Translations under genes and position numbers: made by a program
Shown here: positions 19,308 through 28,918 of the stretch, one piece after another
Numbering within the stretch: the first letter of the stretch is position 1
Layout of the letters: the number at the start of each line of letters is the position of its first letter
The notes under the pieces: model-generated
Database searches by the model: none
Told to the model about the DNA's origin: nothing
The model's input: the letters and a program-made list of their open reading frames with translations, nothing else
Source: Candidatus Latescibacterota bacterium
GTDB taxonomy: Bacteria; Krumholzibacteriota; Krumholzibacteriia; WVZY01; JAKEHA01
DNA length: 64,000 nt
Assembly (NCBI GenBank): GCA_963707635.1
Contig: OY970173.1
Span: 1,152,001-1,216,000, forward strand
Reading direction: 5' to 3'

Positions 19308-20900
19308 ATGTCTGTTACTCTCACCATCGACGGTAAGACGGTCGAGGCGCCCGACGGCGCGCTCGTGATCGACGTTTGCCGCGAGATCGGCATCGACATC
19401 CCGCATTTCTGCTATCACCCCGGCCTCGGCCCCGACGGCAACTGCCGCATGTGCCAGGTCGAGTTCATGGGGGAGCGCGGGGGACGCCTCGCCATCTCGT
19501 GCAAGGCCGTCGTCACCGAGGGCATGGTCGTGGAGACCAACAGCCCGGCGGCGAAGAAAGCCCGTGCATCGGTCGAGGAGATGCTGCTGCTCAACCATCC
19601 GCTCGACTGTCCCATCTGCGACAAGGCCGGCGAGTGCTCGCTCCAGAACTACTATATGGAGCACGACCTGCAGGAAGGCCGGCAGGACTTCACCCGCTTC
19701 CGCAAGGACAAGGCGAAGGACATCGGACCCACGATGATCCTCGACCAGGAGCGTTGCGTGCTATGCGACCGTTGCGTACGGTTTCTCCGCGACGTTGCCA
19801 AGGACGAGCAGCTCTACATCGCGGGCCGCGGCCACGAGGCGTACATCACGACCTTTCCCGGGCAGGAAGTCACGAGCCCCTATTCGCTCAACACGGTGGA
19901 CCTGTGCCCGGTGGGCGCGCTTACCGCGAAGGACTTCCGCTTCAACTCGGCGACGTGGTTCTTGAAGAACACGAACTCGGTCTGCACGACGTGCGCGCGC
20001 GGGTGCAGCATGCAGGTGCAGACCAAGAAGGATCAGGTCTACCGGATTCGCCCGCGCCACAACCCGGACGTCAACGGCTACTGGGCGTGCGACGAGGGGC
20101 GCGTCAACTACCAGTTCGTCAACTCGGATCGCCTGCATCGGCCGTTCATGCGGCGGGGCTCGGAGATTATCGAGTGTTCGCTGCAAGAAGCCGTGGCGGA
20201 GATGCGTACCCTCCTGGGCTTCAAGCCAGCGGGTCCGATCGACGGCGCCGGGCCGGGTAAGGCGGTGGTGCTCGTCTCCGCGAACTCGACGCTCGAGGAG
20301 ATGTATCTCTTCCAGCGCCTGGCGAAGGAGTGCCTGAAGGCGCCGGTGTTCGTCGCGCGGCACATTCCGGACGGCGAGAACGATTTTCTGCTCCGCCGCG
20401 CCGACAAGCACGCGAACGCCAGGGGAGCCGAGATGCTGGGTCTGCGCGTGCTGGACCTCCAGAAAGGCAGCGACGACGCCGTGACGGGAGCGCTGGGAAG
20501 CGGCGGTGTGCTGATCGCGGTCGGGTTCAGCACGCATGTCGAGGCGCTCGCGCCGGCGCTCGCTCGCGCGAGCCACGTCATCGCGCTCTCGGGCTGCGTG
20601 TCGTCACTCACGGGGCTCGCGGACCTCGTGATTCCGGGCCTGACCTTCGCGGAGAAGGACGGCCTGGTGGTGAACTTCGAAGGGCACGTGCAGCAGCTTC
20701 GGGCCGCGATCGATTCCAGGGGTGAGACGGAGTGGCGCGTCGCCGACGCACTGCTGGCGTCGCTGCGCGGGACGAAACCGCACGAATCGGTTGCCCACGT
20801 CCGCAAAGCGATCATGGACGGCGTGCCGGCGTTTGCCGGCATCGACCTGGTGAAACTGGGTCCGACGGGTGTGCGCGCCACAGCGCAATCGGTAGCGTGA
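19308..20900 (+). CDS. nuoG: NADH-quinone oxidoreductase subunit G (short form)
   Basis: Motifs IPHFCYHP..GNCRMC, NHPLDCPICDKAGEC, RCVLCDRCVRF, DLCPVGAL and CTTCARGC. Confidence 0.93.
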   Translation: MSVTLTIDGKTVEAPDGALVIDVCREIGIDIPHFCYHPGLGPDGNCRMCQVEFMGERGGRLAISCKAVVTEGMVVETNSPAAKKARASVEEMLLLNHPLDCPICDKAGECSLQNYYMEHDLQEGRQDFTRFRKDKAKDIGPTMILDQERCVLCDRCVRFLRDVAKDEQLYIAGRGHEAYITTFPGQEVTSPYSLNTVDLCPVGALTAKDFRFNSATWFLKNTNSVCTTCARGCSMQVQTKKDQVYRIRPRHNPDVNGYWACDEGRVNYQFVNSDRLHRPFMRRGSEIIECSLQEAVAEMRTLLGFKPAGPIDGAGPGKAVVLVSANSTLEEMYLFQRLAKECLKAPVFVARHIPDGENDFLLRRADKHANARGAEMLGLRVLDLQKGSDDAVTGALGSGGVLIAVGFSTHVEALAPALARASHVIALSGCVSSLTGLADLVIPGLTFAEKDGLVVNFEGHVQQLRAAIDSRGETEWRVADALLASLRGTKPHESVAHVRKAIMDGVPAFAGIDLVKLGPTGVRATAQSVA

Positions 20901-20909
20901 ATAAGCACG

Positions 20910-20949
20910 CGCGGGTGGCGCCGTGGGCTGTTGGCCGACAGGACCCGCG
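20910..20949. repeat. Structured palindromic element, short copy 2, in the nuoG-nuoH spacer
   Basis: CGCGGGTGGCGC...CGACAGGACCCGCG. Confidence 0.65.
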
Positions 20950-20964
20950 TGAGAGTTAGCAAGA

Positions 20965-22257
20965 ATGCCTAACTGGATCGACTACGCGATCATCGGCGGC
21001 AAGGCCATCTTCATCTGGGGCTTTGCGCTCTTTCTATTGCCTGTACTCATCTGGTTCGAGCGCAAGGGCGCCGCGTTCATTCAGGACCGCGCCGGTCCGA
21101 ACCGCGCCGCGGTGATGGGCATCCGCCTCGCCGGCTTCATCCATAATATCGCCGACGTGGTAAAGCTCCTCATGAAGGAGATGATGATCCCGCCGCAGGT
21201 CAACCGCGCCTACTTCATGATCGCGCCGGTGCTCGGCTTCACGTTCATCCTGTCGGCCTTCGCCGTGATTCCGTGGGCGGACCGGCTCGTCGTCGCCGGG
21301 CGCGATATCTCGATGCAGGTCGCGGACCTCAACGCCGGCATCCTCTTCATCCTCGCCATCACCTCGCTCAACGTGTACGGCATCGTGCTGGCGGGGTGGT
21401 CCTCGAACAACAAGTTCGCGCTGATGGGCGGGCTGCGCTCCACCGCGCAGATGATCAGCTACGAGATCCCGCTCGGGTTGGCGCTGGTGGGCATTTTCAT
21501 GGTGTACGGGAGCGCGCAGCTCAACGAGATCGTGCGCGGCCAGGGGGAGCTGCTCTTCGGCTTTCTGCCCAGGTGGGGGCTGTTCGTGCAGCCGCTGGGT
21601 GCGATTCTCTTCATCGTGGCCGCCTTCGCCGAGACCAACCGCAACCCCTTCGATCTGCCCGAGGGCGAGTCGGAGATCGTCGCCGGCTACCACGTCGAGT
21701 ACAGCGGCATGCGGTTTGCGCTCTTCTATATGGGGGAATACGTCGCGATCGTGCTGTCGTCGGCGATGATCGCCACGCTGTACTTCGGTGGCTGGCAGGT
21801 GCCGTACTTTCCGACCGAAAAGATCGTGGCGGGTGCCAACACCTGGCTCAAGGTGATGCTGGGGGTGGGAGGCGTGGGCGCGCTGGGATTCGCGGGGCTC
21901 ATGTTCTTCTTTTCGCACCGCATCCGCGGCCGCTTCGGCGACATGCGCGAGCAGGAAGGGAACATCCTCGGCGCGGTCCACGTCGTGATCGGCGGCGCCA
22001 TGCTGTTTTTCTTCTGGAAGACGCTCGGCATGGGCCCGCTCCCCGATTGGGGCGCGCGCACGGTGGCCGCAGTGGCGCAGCTATCGGCCTTTGCGCTCAA
22101 GACCATCTTCTGGTGCTGGGTGTTTATCTGGGTGCGCTGGTCGCTGCCGCGTTTCCGTTACGACCAGCTCATGCGCCTGGGCTGGAAGAACATGATCCCG
22201 CTGGCGTTCGTGAACATCGTCGCCACCGCACTCGTGCTGCTGTGGGTGGGGCGGTAG
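20965..22257 (+). CDS. nuoH: NADH-quinone oxidoreductase subunit H
   Basis: Motifs ERK.AAFIQDRAGPNR, GWSSNNKFALMGGLR, AETNRNPFDLPEGESE and LPRFRYDQLM. Confidence 0.96.
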   Translation: MPNWIDYAIIGGKAIFIWGFALFLLPVLIWFERKGAAFIQDRAGPNRAAVMGIRLAGFIHNIADVVKLLMKEMMIPPQVNRAYFMIAPVLGFTFILSAFAVIPWADRLVVAGRDISMQVADLNAGILFILAITSLNVYGIVLAGWSSNNKFALMGGLRSTAQMISYEIPLGLALVGIFMVYGSAQLNEIVRGQGELLFGFLPRWGLFVQPLGAILFIVAAFAETNRNPFDLPEGESEIVAGYHVEYSGMRFALFYMGEYVAIVLSSAMIATLYFGGWQVPYFPTEKIVAGANTWLKVMLGVGGVGALGFAGLMFFFSHRIRGRFGDMREQEGNILGAVHVVIGGAMLFFFWKTLGMGPLPDWGARTVAAVAQLSAFALKTIFWCWVFIWVRWSLPRFRYDQLMRLGWKNMIPLAFVNIVATALVLLWVGR

Positions 22258-22258
22258 G

Positions 22259-22753
22259 ATGCAGGCGGTGCTTTTCTATATTCTCGCCGGCTTCGCGGTG
22301 ATCGGCGGCCTGCTCATGGTGAGCCTCAAGAACCCGCTCTCGGGTGCCTTCGCGCTCATCCTCTCGCTGTGCTCGCTGGCCGGGCTCTTCGCCATGCTCC
22401 ACGCGGAGTTCGTCTTCATTCTCCAGATTCTGGTCTACGCCGGCGCCATCATGGTGCTCATCATCTTCACCATCATGCTGCTCAATCTCAAGAAAGAGGA
22501 GTTGGAAGAGGCCCCGGTCGGTTGGATGCGGCTCCTGCTCACCGCGACCGCCTGCGCGGCGGCGGCGTTTGCGGCCATCCAGATCTTCGGCGAGGTCACG
22601 CCCGTCAAGGTGGAGATGACGGCGGGCTTCGGCAGCATGGAGGCCGTCGGGCGCTCGATGCTCTCGGACTTCATCTATCCGTTCGAGGTGATCTCGCTGA
22701 TCCTGCTGGTGGCGATCGTCGGCGTCGTGCTGCTGGCGAAAAAGGTGATCTGA
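22259..22753 (+). CDS. nuoJ: NADH-quinone oxidoreductase subunit J
   Basis: Motifs [12 protein letters not shown] and [15 protein letters not shown]. Confidence 0.95.
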   Translation: MQAVLFYILAGFAVIGGLLMVSLKNPLSGAFALILSLCSLAGLFAMLHAEFVFILQILVYAGAIMVLIIFTIMLLNLKKEELEEAPVGWMRLLLTATACAAAAFAAIQIFGEVTPVKVEMTAGFGSMEAVGRSMLSDFIYPFEVISLILLVAIVGVVLLAKKVI

Positions 22754-22754
22754 C

Positions 22755-23066
22755 GTGGCCCCGATCGGACTGCAACACTATCTGTATTTGAGCGCCATCC
22801 TCTTCTTCATAGGAGCGTTCGGCGTGCTGTTCCGGCGCAACCTGCTCGTGATGCTGATGTCGATCGAGCTGATGCTCAACGCGGTGAACCTGTCCTTCCT
22901 CGCGTTCGCGCGCCACACGGTGGGGAATATCGACGGCCACGTGATCGCCTTTTTCGTGATGGCGCTGGCGGCGGCCGAAGCGGGCATCGGGCTGGCGATT
23001 CTGGTGATGCTGTTCCGCAACCGCACCACCGTTCAGGCCGACGATCTCACTCTAATGAGAGACTGA
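22755..23066 (+). CDS. nuoK: NADH-quinone oxidoreductase subunit K
   Basis: Motifs [20 protein letters not shown] and [10 protein letters not shown]. Confidence 0.95.
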   Translation: MAPIGLQHYLYLSAILFFIGAFGVLFRRNLLVMLMSIELMLNAVNLSFLAFARHTVGNIDGHVIAFFVMALAAAEAGIGLAILVMLFRNRTTVQADDLTLMRD

Positions 23067-25087
23067 TGAACGACCTGCTTTACTTGATCCCGCTGGCCCC
23101 GCTCGCGGGCGCGGCGTTGAACGGCCTCCTCGCGCTGGTCTTCGCGAAGCGCGAAAAGGGGCCGAACGAGCGCCTGGTGTCGCTCATCGGGTGCGTGGCG
23201 CCGCTGGTCTCATTCGCAATTGTGGTGAAACTGTTCATGGCCATGCGCGGGATGGCGCCCGAGGCGCGGCTGTTCGAGCAAACACTCTTTCCCTGGATCG
23301 CGGCCGGCCCGGTGACGATCGACGTGGCTTACTGGGTCGACGCGCTCTCGATGACGATGCTCCTGATCGTCACCGGCATCGGGTCGCTCATCCATATCTA
23401 TTCGGTCGGATACATGCACGGCGACCGCGGATTCGCGCGCTTCTTCTCCTACTTGAATCTATTCATGTTCGCCATGCTGACACTGGTGATGGCGAAGAGC
23501 CTCCCGCTCCTGTTCGTGGGCTGGGAGGGAGTGGGGCTGTGCTCGTACCTCCTGATCGGCTTCTGGTACAAGGACCTCGCCAACGCGGCTGCGGGCAAGA
23601 AGGCGTTCATCGTCAACCGGATCGGGGATCTCGCGTTCCTGATCGGCATGTTCATCCTGTTCGTGACGACGTGGCACCTCGGGCGCCCGTCGCTGGATGT
23701 GCCGGCGCTGCGCGAGATGGCGGCGGTACACGCCGACGCATTCGCGAAGGTGGGCGTGGCGGCGTGCGTGCTGCTCTTCATTGGCGCGTGCGGGAAGTCC
23801 GCGCAGATTCCGTTGTACGTATGGCTTCCGGACGCGATGGCGGGCCCCACTCCGGTGAGCGCGCTGATCCACGCTGCCACCATGGTGACCGCCGGCGTGT
23901 ACATGATCGCGCGGCTCAATTTCCTCTACGAGCTGGCACCGGCGGCGTCCACGATCGTGGCCGTGATCGGCGCGGCGACGGCGATCTTTGCGGCCACCAT
24001 CGGTTTCGCGCAGCGCGACATCAAGAAGGTGCTCGCGTATTCGACCGTGAGCCAGCTGGGCTACATGTTCCTCGCCGTGGGCGTGGGCGCGTACGCGGCG
24101 GGCGTGTTCCACCTGCTGACCCACGCCTTCTTCAAGGCGTGCCTGTTCCTCGGCGCCGGCTCCGTGATCCACGGGCTCTCGGGCGAGCAGGACATGTTCA
24201 AGATGGGGCAGCTCTCGAAGCACATGAAGATCACGTGGCTCACGTTCCTCGTCTCGGCGTTCGCGATCGCCGGCATTCCGCCGCTCGCGGGCTTCTTCTC
24301 CAAGGACGAGATCCTCTGGAGCGCGTTCAACTCGAACGCGGGGCCGGCCTGGCTGCCGATGACGCTCTGGTTCGTCGGGCTCGCCACGGCGGGCATGACC
24401 GCGTTCTACGTGTTTCGCGCCGTGTTCCTCGTGTTCTATGGGAAGGACAATGTGTCGCACGAAGCGAAACACCACCTGCACGAATCGCCGCCGGTGATGA
24501 CGCTCCCACTGGTGGTGCTCGCGACCGGGGCGGCACTGGTAGGCTTCCTCGGCGTGCCGGCTGCGCTGGGCGGCGGCAACGCGTTTCACCACTGGCTGGA
24601 GCCGGTGTTTGCGGGGCACGTGGGTGCGCACGAGATCGGCGTCGGGATGATGGGTGCTGCCGGCGCGGCCGAGTTCGCCGCCTCGGCCGGCGGCGAGCAC
24701 TCGAGCCTGGAGCTGGTGTTGATGGTGGTGTCCGTGCTGGTGGCGGGGGCCGGCATCCTGTTCGCGCACGGACTCTACGTGCGGGCCCCCGGCGGCGCCG
24801 CGGCGATCACGTCGCGCCTGGGCGGGTTTTACACGCTGGTGTTCAACAAGTACTACATCGACGAGCTCTACGAGCGCGCGATCGTCCGGCCCGGGTATGC
24901 GATCGCCGACAAGCTCATGTACAAGCTGATCGACGCCGGCATCATCGAGGGCATCGTCAACGGGCTCGGTATCACGGCCCGCCTGATCGGCGCGGTGGCG
25001 CGGCTGGTCCAGTCCGGAGTCGTTCGAACCTATGCGCTCTTCATGCTGGTCGGGTTCCTCTACCTCGTCTACTCCCTGGTGAAATAG
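23066..25087 (+). CDS. nuoL: NADH-quinone oxidoreductase subunit L
   Basis: Motifs GWEGVGLCSYLLIGFW, GKSAQIPLYVWLPDAMAGPTPVSALIHAATMV and THAFFKA. Confidence 0.96.
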   Translation: MNDLLYLIPLAPLAGAALNGLLALVFAKREKGPNERLVSLIGCVAPLVSFAIVVKLFMAMRGMAPEARLFEQTLFPWIAAGPVTIDVAYWVDALSMTMLLIVTGIGSLIHIYSVGYMHGDRGFARFFSYLNLFMFAMLTLVMAKSLPLLFVGWEGVGLCSYLLIGFWYKDLANAAAGKKAFIVNRIGDLAFLIGMFILFVTTWHLGRPSLDVPALREMAAVHADAFAKVGVAACVLLFIGACGKSAQIPLYVWLPDAMAGPTPVSALIHAATMVTAGVYMIARLNFLYELAPAASTIVAVIGAATAIFAATIGFAQRDIKKVLAYSTVSQLGYMFLAVGVGAYAAGVFHLLTHAFFKACLFLGAGSVIHGLSGEQDMFKMGQLSKHMKITWLTFLVSAFAIAGIPPLAGFFSKDEILWSAFNSNAGPAWLPMTLWFVGLATAGMTAFYVFRAVFLVFYGKDNVSHEAKHHLHESPPVMTLPLVVLATGAALVGFLGVPAALGGGNAFHHWLEPVFAGHVGAHEIGVGMMGAAGAAEFAASAGGEHSSLELVLMVVSVLVAGAGILFAHGLYVRAPGGAAAITSRLGGFYTLVFNKYYIDELYERAIVRPGYAIADKLMYKLIDAGIIEGIVNGLGITARLIGAVARLVQSGVVRTYALFMLVGFLYLVYSLVK

Positions 25088-25088
25088 C

Positions 25089-26723
25089 GTGGACCTGCTG
25101 AGCCTGGTGACATTCCTGCCGCTCTTCGGCGCCATCGCGGTGGCGCTGTTTCCCGCGCGCGCCCACGGGGCGATCAAGGGGTTTACGCTCGCGCTGACCG
25201 CCGGCGTATTCGTGCTGTCGTTGAAGCTGGTCGGCGCATTCCAGACCATGCCCGACATGCAGATGGTCGTGGACACGCGCTGGTTGCCGTCGCTTGGGAT
25301 CTCCTACCACATCGGCGTGGACGGCATCAGTCTGTTCTTGATCATGCTGGTCACGTTCCTCACGCCGATCACCGCGCTCGGCTGCTTCGGTTCCATCGAA
25401 GAGCGCGTGAAGGAGTTCTTCATCTGCCTGCTCGTGCTCGAGACGGCGATGATCGGCGCGTTCGTGGCGCTCGACCTCTTCCTCTTCTACGTGTTCTGGG
25501 AAGCGATGCTGATCCCGATGTACTTCATGATCGGGATGTGGGGCGGCGAACGGCGCATCTACGCCACCGTGAAGTTCTTCATCTATACCATGGTGGGTTC
25601 GCTGCTCATGCTGGTGGCGATCCTGTACGTCGTCCACGCGCACAAGATGCAGACCGGCACGCTGACCTTCGACTCGGTCGCGCTGCTGGAGACGACGTTC
25701 GACCCGCGGGCGCAATGGCTCCTGTTCCTGGCCTTCGCGCTGGCCTTCGCCATCAAGGTGCCGATGTTCCCGTTCCACACCTGGCTGCCCGACGCGCACG
25801 TCGAGGCCCCGACGCCGGGGAGCGTGATCCTGGCCGGCGTGCTCCTCAAGATGGGCACCTACGGGTTCATCCGTTTCGCGATGCCGATGTTTCCGGAGGC
25901 CGCGATCCGGGCCATTCCCTTGATCGTGACGCTCTCCATTATAGGGATCATCTACGGGGCGTGTGTGGCGATGGTGCAGCAGGACGTGAAGAAGCTGGTC
26001 GCGTACTCGTCGGTGTCGCACCTGGGATTCGTGATGCTGGGCCTGTTCGCGCTCAACGTGCAGGCGGTCGAGGGCGCGATCCTGGGCATGATCAACCACG
26101 GCATTTCGACCGGCGCCTTGTTCCTTCTGGTGGGCGTTATCTACGAGCGACGGCACACACGCCTGATCAACGAGTACGGTGGGCTCACCAAAGTGATGCC
26201 GGTCTACGCGACCGTGTTCATGATCGTCGCGCTCTCGTCGATCGGGCTGCCTCCGCTCAACGGCTTCGTGCACGAATTCCTGATCCTGGTGGGGGCGTTC
26301 CAGGCCAACGCGTGGTGGGGCATCCTCGCCGCGACCGGTGTGGTGCTGGGCGCGATCTACATGCTGTGGATGTTCCAGCGCGTGTTCTTCGGCGAAATAA
26401 CGAACGAGAAGAACGCCGGGCTGAAAGACCTCTCGCCGCGCGAGATCCTTGTCTTCGTCCCGCTGCTGGTGATGATCTTCTGGATGGGGGTCTACTCGAA
26501 GCCGTTCGTCGACCGCATCGAGCCGTCGGTAGCGCAGTTCGTCGAGCAGATGGAAGGTGTGCGCGAGGCGATGAACGAGAGCGGCGGCGTGCAAGAGCGT
26601 GTGGCGGTCGATTTTTCAGCCGCGGGTGGCGCTGACACGGGGCCCCCGACGGCGACAGCCCGGCGGGGTGTGTCAGCGACAGGACCCGCGGCGGAGACAG
26701 CGGCCCCGGGGAGCGACGACTGA
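25089..26723 (+). CDS. nuoM: NADH-quinone oxidoreductase subunit M, with a low-complexity C-terminal tail
   Basis: Motifs FYVFWEAMLIPMY, PFHTWLPDAHVEAPT and AYSSVSHLG. Confidence 0.96.
   Translation: MDLLSLVTFLPLFGAIAVALFPARAHGAIKGFTLALTAGVFVLSLKLVGAFQTMPDMQMVVDTRWLPSLGISYHIGVDGISLFLIMLVTFLTPITALGCFGSIEERVKEFFICLLVLETAMIGAFVALDLFLFYVFWEAMLIPMYFMIGMWGGERRIYATVKFFIYTMVGSLLMLVAILYVVHAHKMQTGTLTFDSVALLETTFDPRAQWLLFLAFALAFAIKVPMFPFHTWLPDAHVEAPTPGSVILAGVLLKMGTYGFIRFAMPMFPEAAIRAIPLIVTLSIIGIIYGACVAMVQQDVKKLVAYSSVSHLGFVMLGLFALNVQAVEGAILGMINHGISTGALFLLVGVIYERRHTRLINEYGGLTKVMPVYATVFMIVALSSIGLPPLNGFVHEFLILVGAFQANAWWGILAATGVVLGAIYMLWMFQRVFFGEITNEKNAGLKDLSPREILVFVPLLVMIFWMGVYSKPFVDRIEPSVAQFVEQMEGVREAMNESGGVQERVAVDFSAAGGADTGPPTATARRGVSATGPAAETAAPGSDD
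26619..26692. repeat. Structured palindromic element, copy 3, inside the 3' end of nuoM
   Basis: Outer stem GCCGCGGGT/ACCCGCGGC, second stem CGCTGACAC/GTGTCAGCG and an inner GGGGCCCCCG..GGC-GACA-GCC..CGGGGT. Confidence 0.7.
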
Positions 26724-28213
26724 TGCCTCCATTCACCGCCGAAATCGCGCGCCAGCTGATGCCGCTCTTCATTCTGACCGGCGGCGCCATGGTCCTCCTC
26801 GCCTGGGCCGCGGTGTCGGTCAAGACGGCGCGGCTGCAGCAATGGTTCGCTGCCCTTGTGCACGTCGCTGCCATCGCCAGCATCGTCTCGCTGTGGAACG
26901 CGCTGCCGGGCCCGATCCTGAACGGGATGCTGGTCGTGGACCGCTTCTCGCTCTTCTTCGCCGGGCTGTGCACCATCTGCTCGCTGGGGACGATTCTCGT
27001 TTCCGCCGGCTATCTCAAGCGCTTCGACATCCTGCGCGGCGAATACTACGCGCTGCTCCTGCTCGCCACCGCGGGGATGTTTGTGCTGGTGAGCGCGTAC
27101 GATCTGATGTCGGTGTTTCTGGGCCTCGAGCTGATGAGCCTATCGATCTATGTGATCGTCGGCTTCCGGCGCCGTGATTTCCTCGCCAACGAAGCGGCGA
27201 TGAAGTACTTCCTGCTGGGCGCGTTCGCTATCGCGTTCTTCCTGTACGGGATGTCGCTGGTTTACGGGCTGTGCGGGACGCTCAACTTCAAGGGCATCGT
27301 GATCGAGGCGCTCGACCGTGGAATCGCCACCAGCCCGCCGTTCCTGTTCGCGATCGCGCTGATCCTGGTGGGATTCGTCTTCAAGGTGAGCGCGGTGCCG
27401 TTCCACATGTGGGTGCCCGACGTGTACCAGGGCGCGCCCTCGCCGGTCACCGGCTACATGGCGGGCGCGGTGAAGGCGGCCTCGTTCGCGGCGTTCCTGC
27501 GGCTCTTCTACATGTCGTTCATTTCGTCGCGCTCGCACTGGATCGACATCATCGTGGTGCTGGCGGTGGCGACCATGACGGTGGGGAACATCGTGGCGCT
27601 GGTGCAGCGCAACGTCAAACGCATGCTGGCCTACTCGAGCATCGCGCACGCCGGCTATATCCTGGTGGGAATGGCGGCGCTGGGCATCGACAACACGCGG
27701 GCCGCGTCGAGCATCATGTTCTACCTGGTCGTGTACGCGTTCATGACCATGGGGGCCTTCGCGCTGGTGTCGGCGCTGGAGAACCGCGGCGACTCGCGCG
27801 GACTCGAGCTCGAGGACTTCTCCGGGCTGGGGCTGCGCCGGCCGCTGCTCGGCTTCGCGATGGCGCTGTTCATGTTCGCGATGGCGGGCATCCCGCCCAC
27901 GGCGGGCTTCTTCGCGAAGTACTATGTCTTCAATGCCGCGATCGAACGCGGGCTCACCTGGCTGGCCGTGGTCGGGGTGATGAACAGCGCGCTGTCCCTC
28001 TATTACTATCTGCGCGTCGTCGTCTACATGTACTTCCGCAAGACCAGCGCCGAAACTCCGGTCTTCGACGACTGGGGAATCCGCGCGGTCCTCTTCGGAT
28101 CGGTGGTCGTGGTGATCTGGCTCGGGCTCGGTCCCAGTGGAGTCGTCCCCGGCATCGAGACCGTCCTCGCCTGGACGAGCGATTCGCTGGAGCGAATCGC
28201 GAGCCTGCAGTAG
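26723..28213 (+). CDS. nuoN: NADH-quinone oxidoreductase subunit N
   Basis: Motifs EAAMKYFLLG, FKVSAVPFHMWVPDVYQGAP and KRMLAYSSIAHAGY. Confidence 0.96.
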   Translation: MPPFTAEIARQLMPLFILTGGAMVLLAWAAVSVKTARLQQWFAALVHVAAIASIVSLWNALPGPILNGMLVVDRFSLFFAGLCTICSLGTILVSAGYLKRFDILRGEYYALLLLATAGMFVLVSAYDLMSVFLGLELMSLSIYVIVGFRRRDFLANEAAMKYFLLGAFAIAFFLYGMSLVYGLCGTLNFKGIVIEALDRGIATSPPFLFAIALILVGFVFKVSAVPFHMWVPDVYQGAPSPVTGYMAGAVKAASFAAFLRLFYMSFISSRSHWIDIIVVLAVATMTVGNIVALVQRNVKRMLAYSSIAHAGYILVGMAALGIDNTRAASSIMFYLVVYAFMTMGAFALVSALENRGDSRGLELEDFSGLGLRRPLLGFAMALFMFAMAGIPPTAGFFAKYYVFNAAIERGLTWLAVVGVMNSALSLYYYLRVVVYMYFRKTSAETPVFDDWGIRAVLFGSVVVVIWLGLGPSGVVPGIETVLAWTSDSLERIASLQ

Positions 28214-28239
28214 CCAGCTAGCCCGTCCGGTCCTGCCAC

Positions 28240-28268
28240 TTGAAGGACGCGCGAGCCGCGACTATACT
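28240..28268 (+). promoter_or_regulatory. Sigma70-type promoter
   Basis: TTGAAG-17 nt-TATACT upstream of 28314. Confidence 0.45.
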
Positions 28269-28313
28269 GCTGCTGTTCAACACGACGCCGTGACCCTTTT
28301 CGAGAGGCCCCCA

Positions 28314-28853
28314 ATGAGACTCGTGGCTTTGATCCTGGCTGTGGTCATGCTCCCGTCGCTCGCCGCGGCGCAGCAGGGGATATTGGTCTTGTCATCCGAT
28401 CCGGTGATGCTCAATGTCGTCGTCGACGATCATGCTCCGGGCACGACCTCCGTTTATGTCATGCACCTGGGTACCAACGGATCGACTGCTGCGGCCTTCA
28501 GCTACCTGGAGTATCCCGGAGTAACAATGGTAAGGACGGGTGACGGACCTGCCCCCGGGATGCTCGCGGTTGGAGACCTCTACACGGGAATCGAAGTGTC
28601 CTACATGGAGTGCAAGGTGGGGACCTTTCCGATCTATCGCATCGACTACCAGACCTTTGGGACCAGCGCGCCGTGTTCCTTCCTCCAGGTTGGGCCGCAC
28701 CCGACCTACGCGGCTGTCAGAGTCATTGATTGCGTGGGCGGCATTACCGATCAGCCATACGTGATCGTCGCCGTCGTGAATCCCGACGCCACCTGCAACC
28801 CGGGTCCCACTGCATCGAGCACGTGGGGTCGGGTCAAGGCCTTGTATCGATAG
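28314..28853 (+). CDS. Secreted beta-rich hypothetical protein with C-terminal STWGRVKALYR tag
   Basis: Signal peptide MRLVALILAVVMLPSLAAA, several Cys and the ending PTASSTWGRVKALYR*. Confidence 0.8.
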   Translation: MRLVALILAVVMLPSLAAAQQGILVLSSDPVMLNVVVDDHAPGTTSVYVMHLGTNGSTAAAFSYLEYPGVTMVRTGDGPAPGMLAVGDLYTGIEVSYMECKVGTFPIYRIDYQTFGTSAPCSFLQVGPHPTYAAVRVIDCVGGITDQPYVIVAVVNPDATCNPGPTASSTWGRVKALYR

Positions 28854-28918
28854 GATAGGCATGCGAACGGGGCCGGCGTGATACACGCACAGCCCCGTCC
28901 ACGAGGTGGAAGCCGCCG

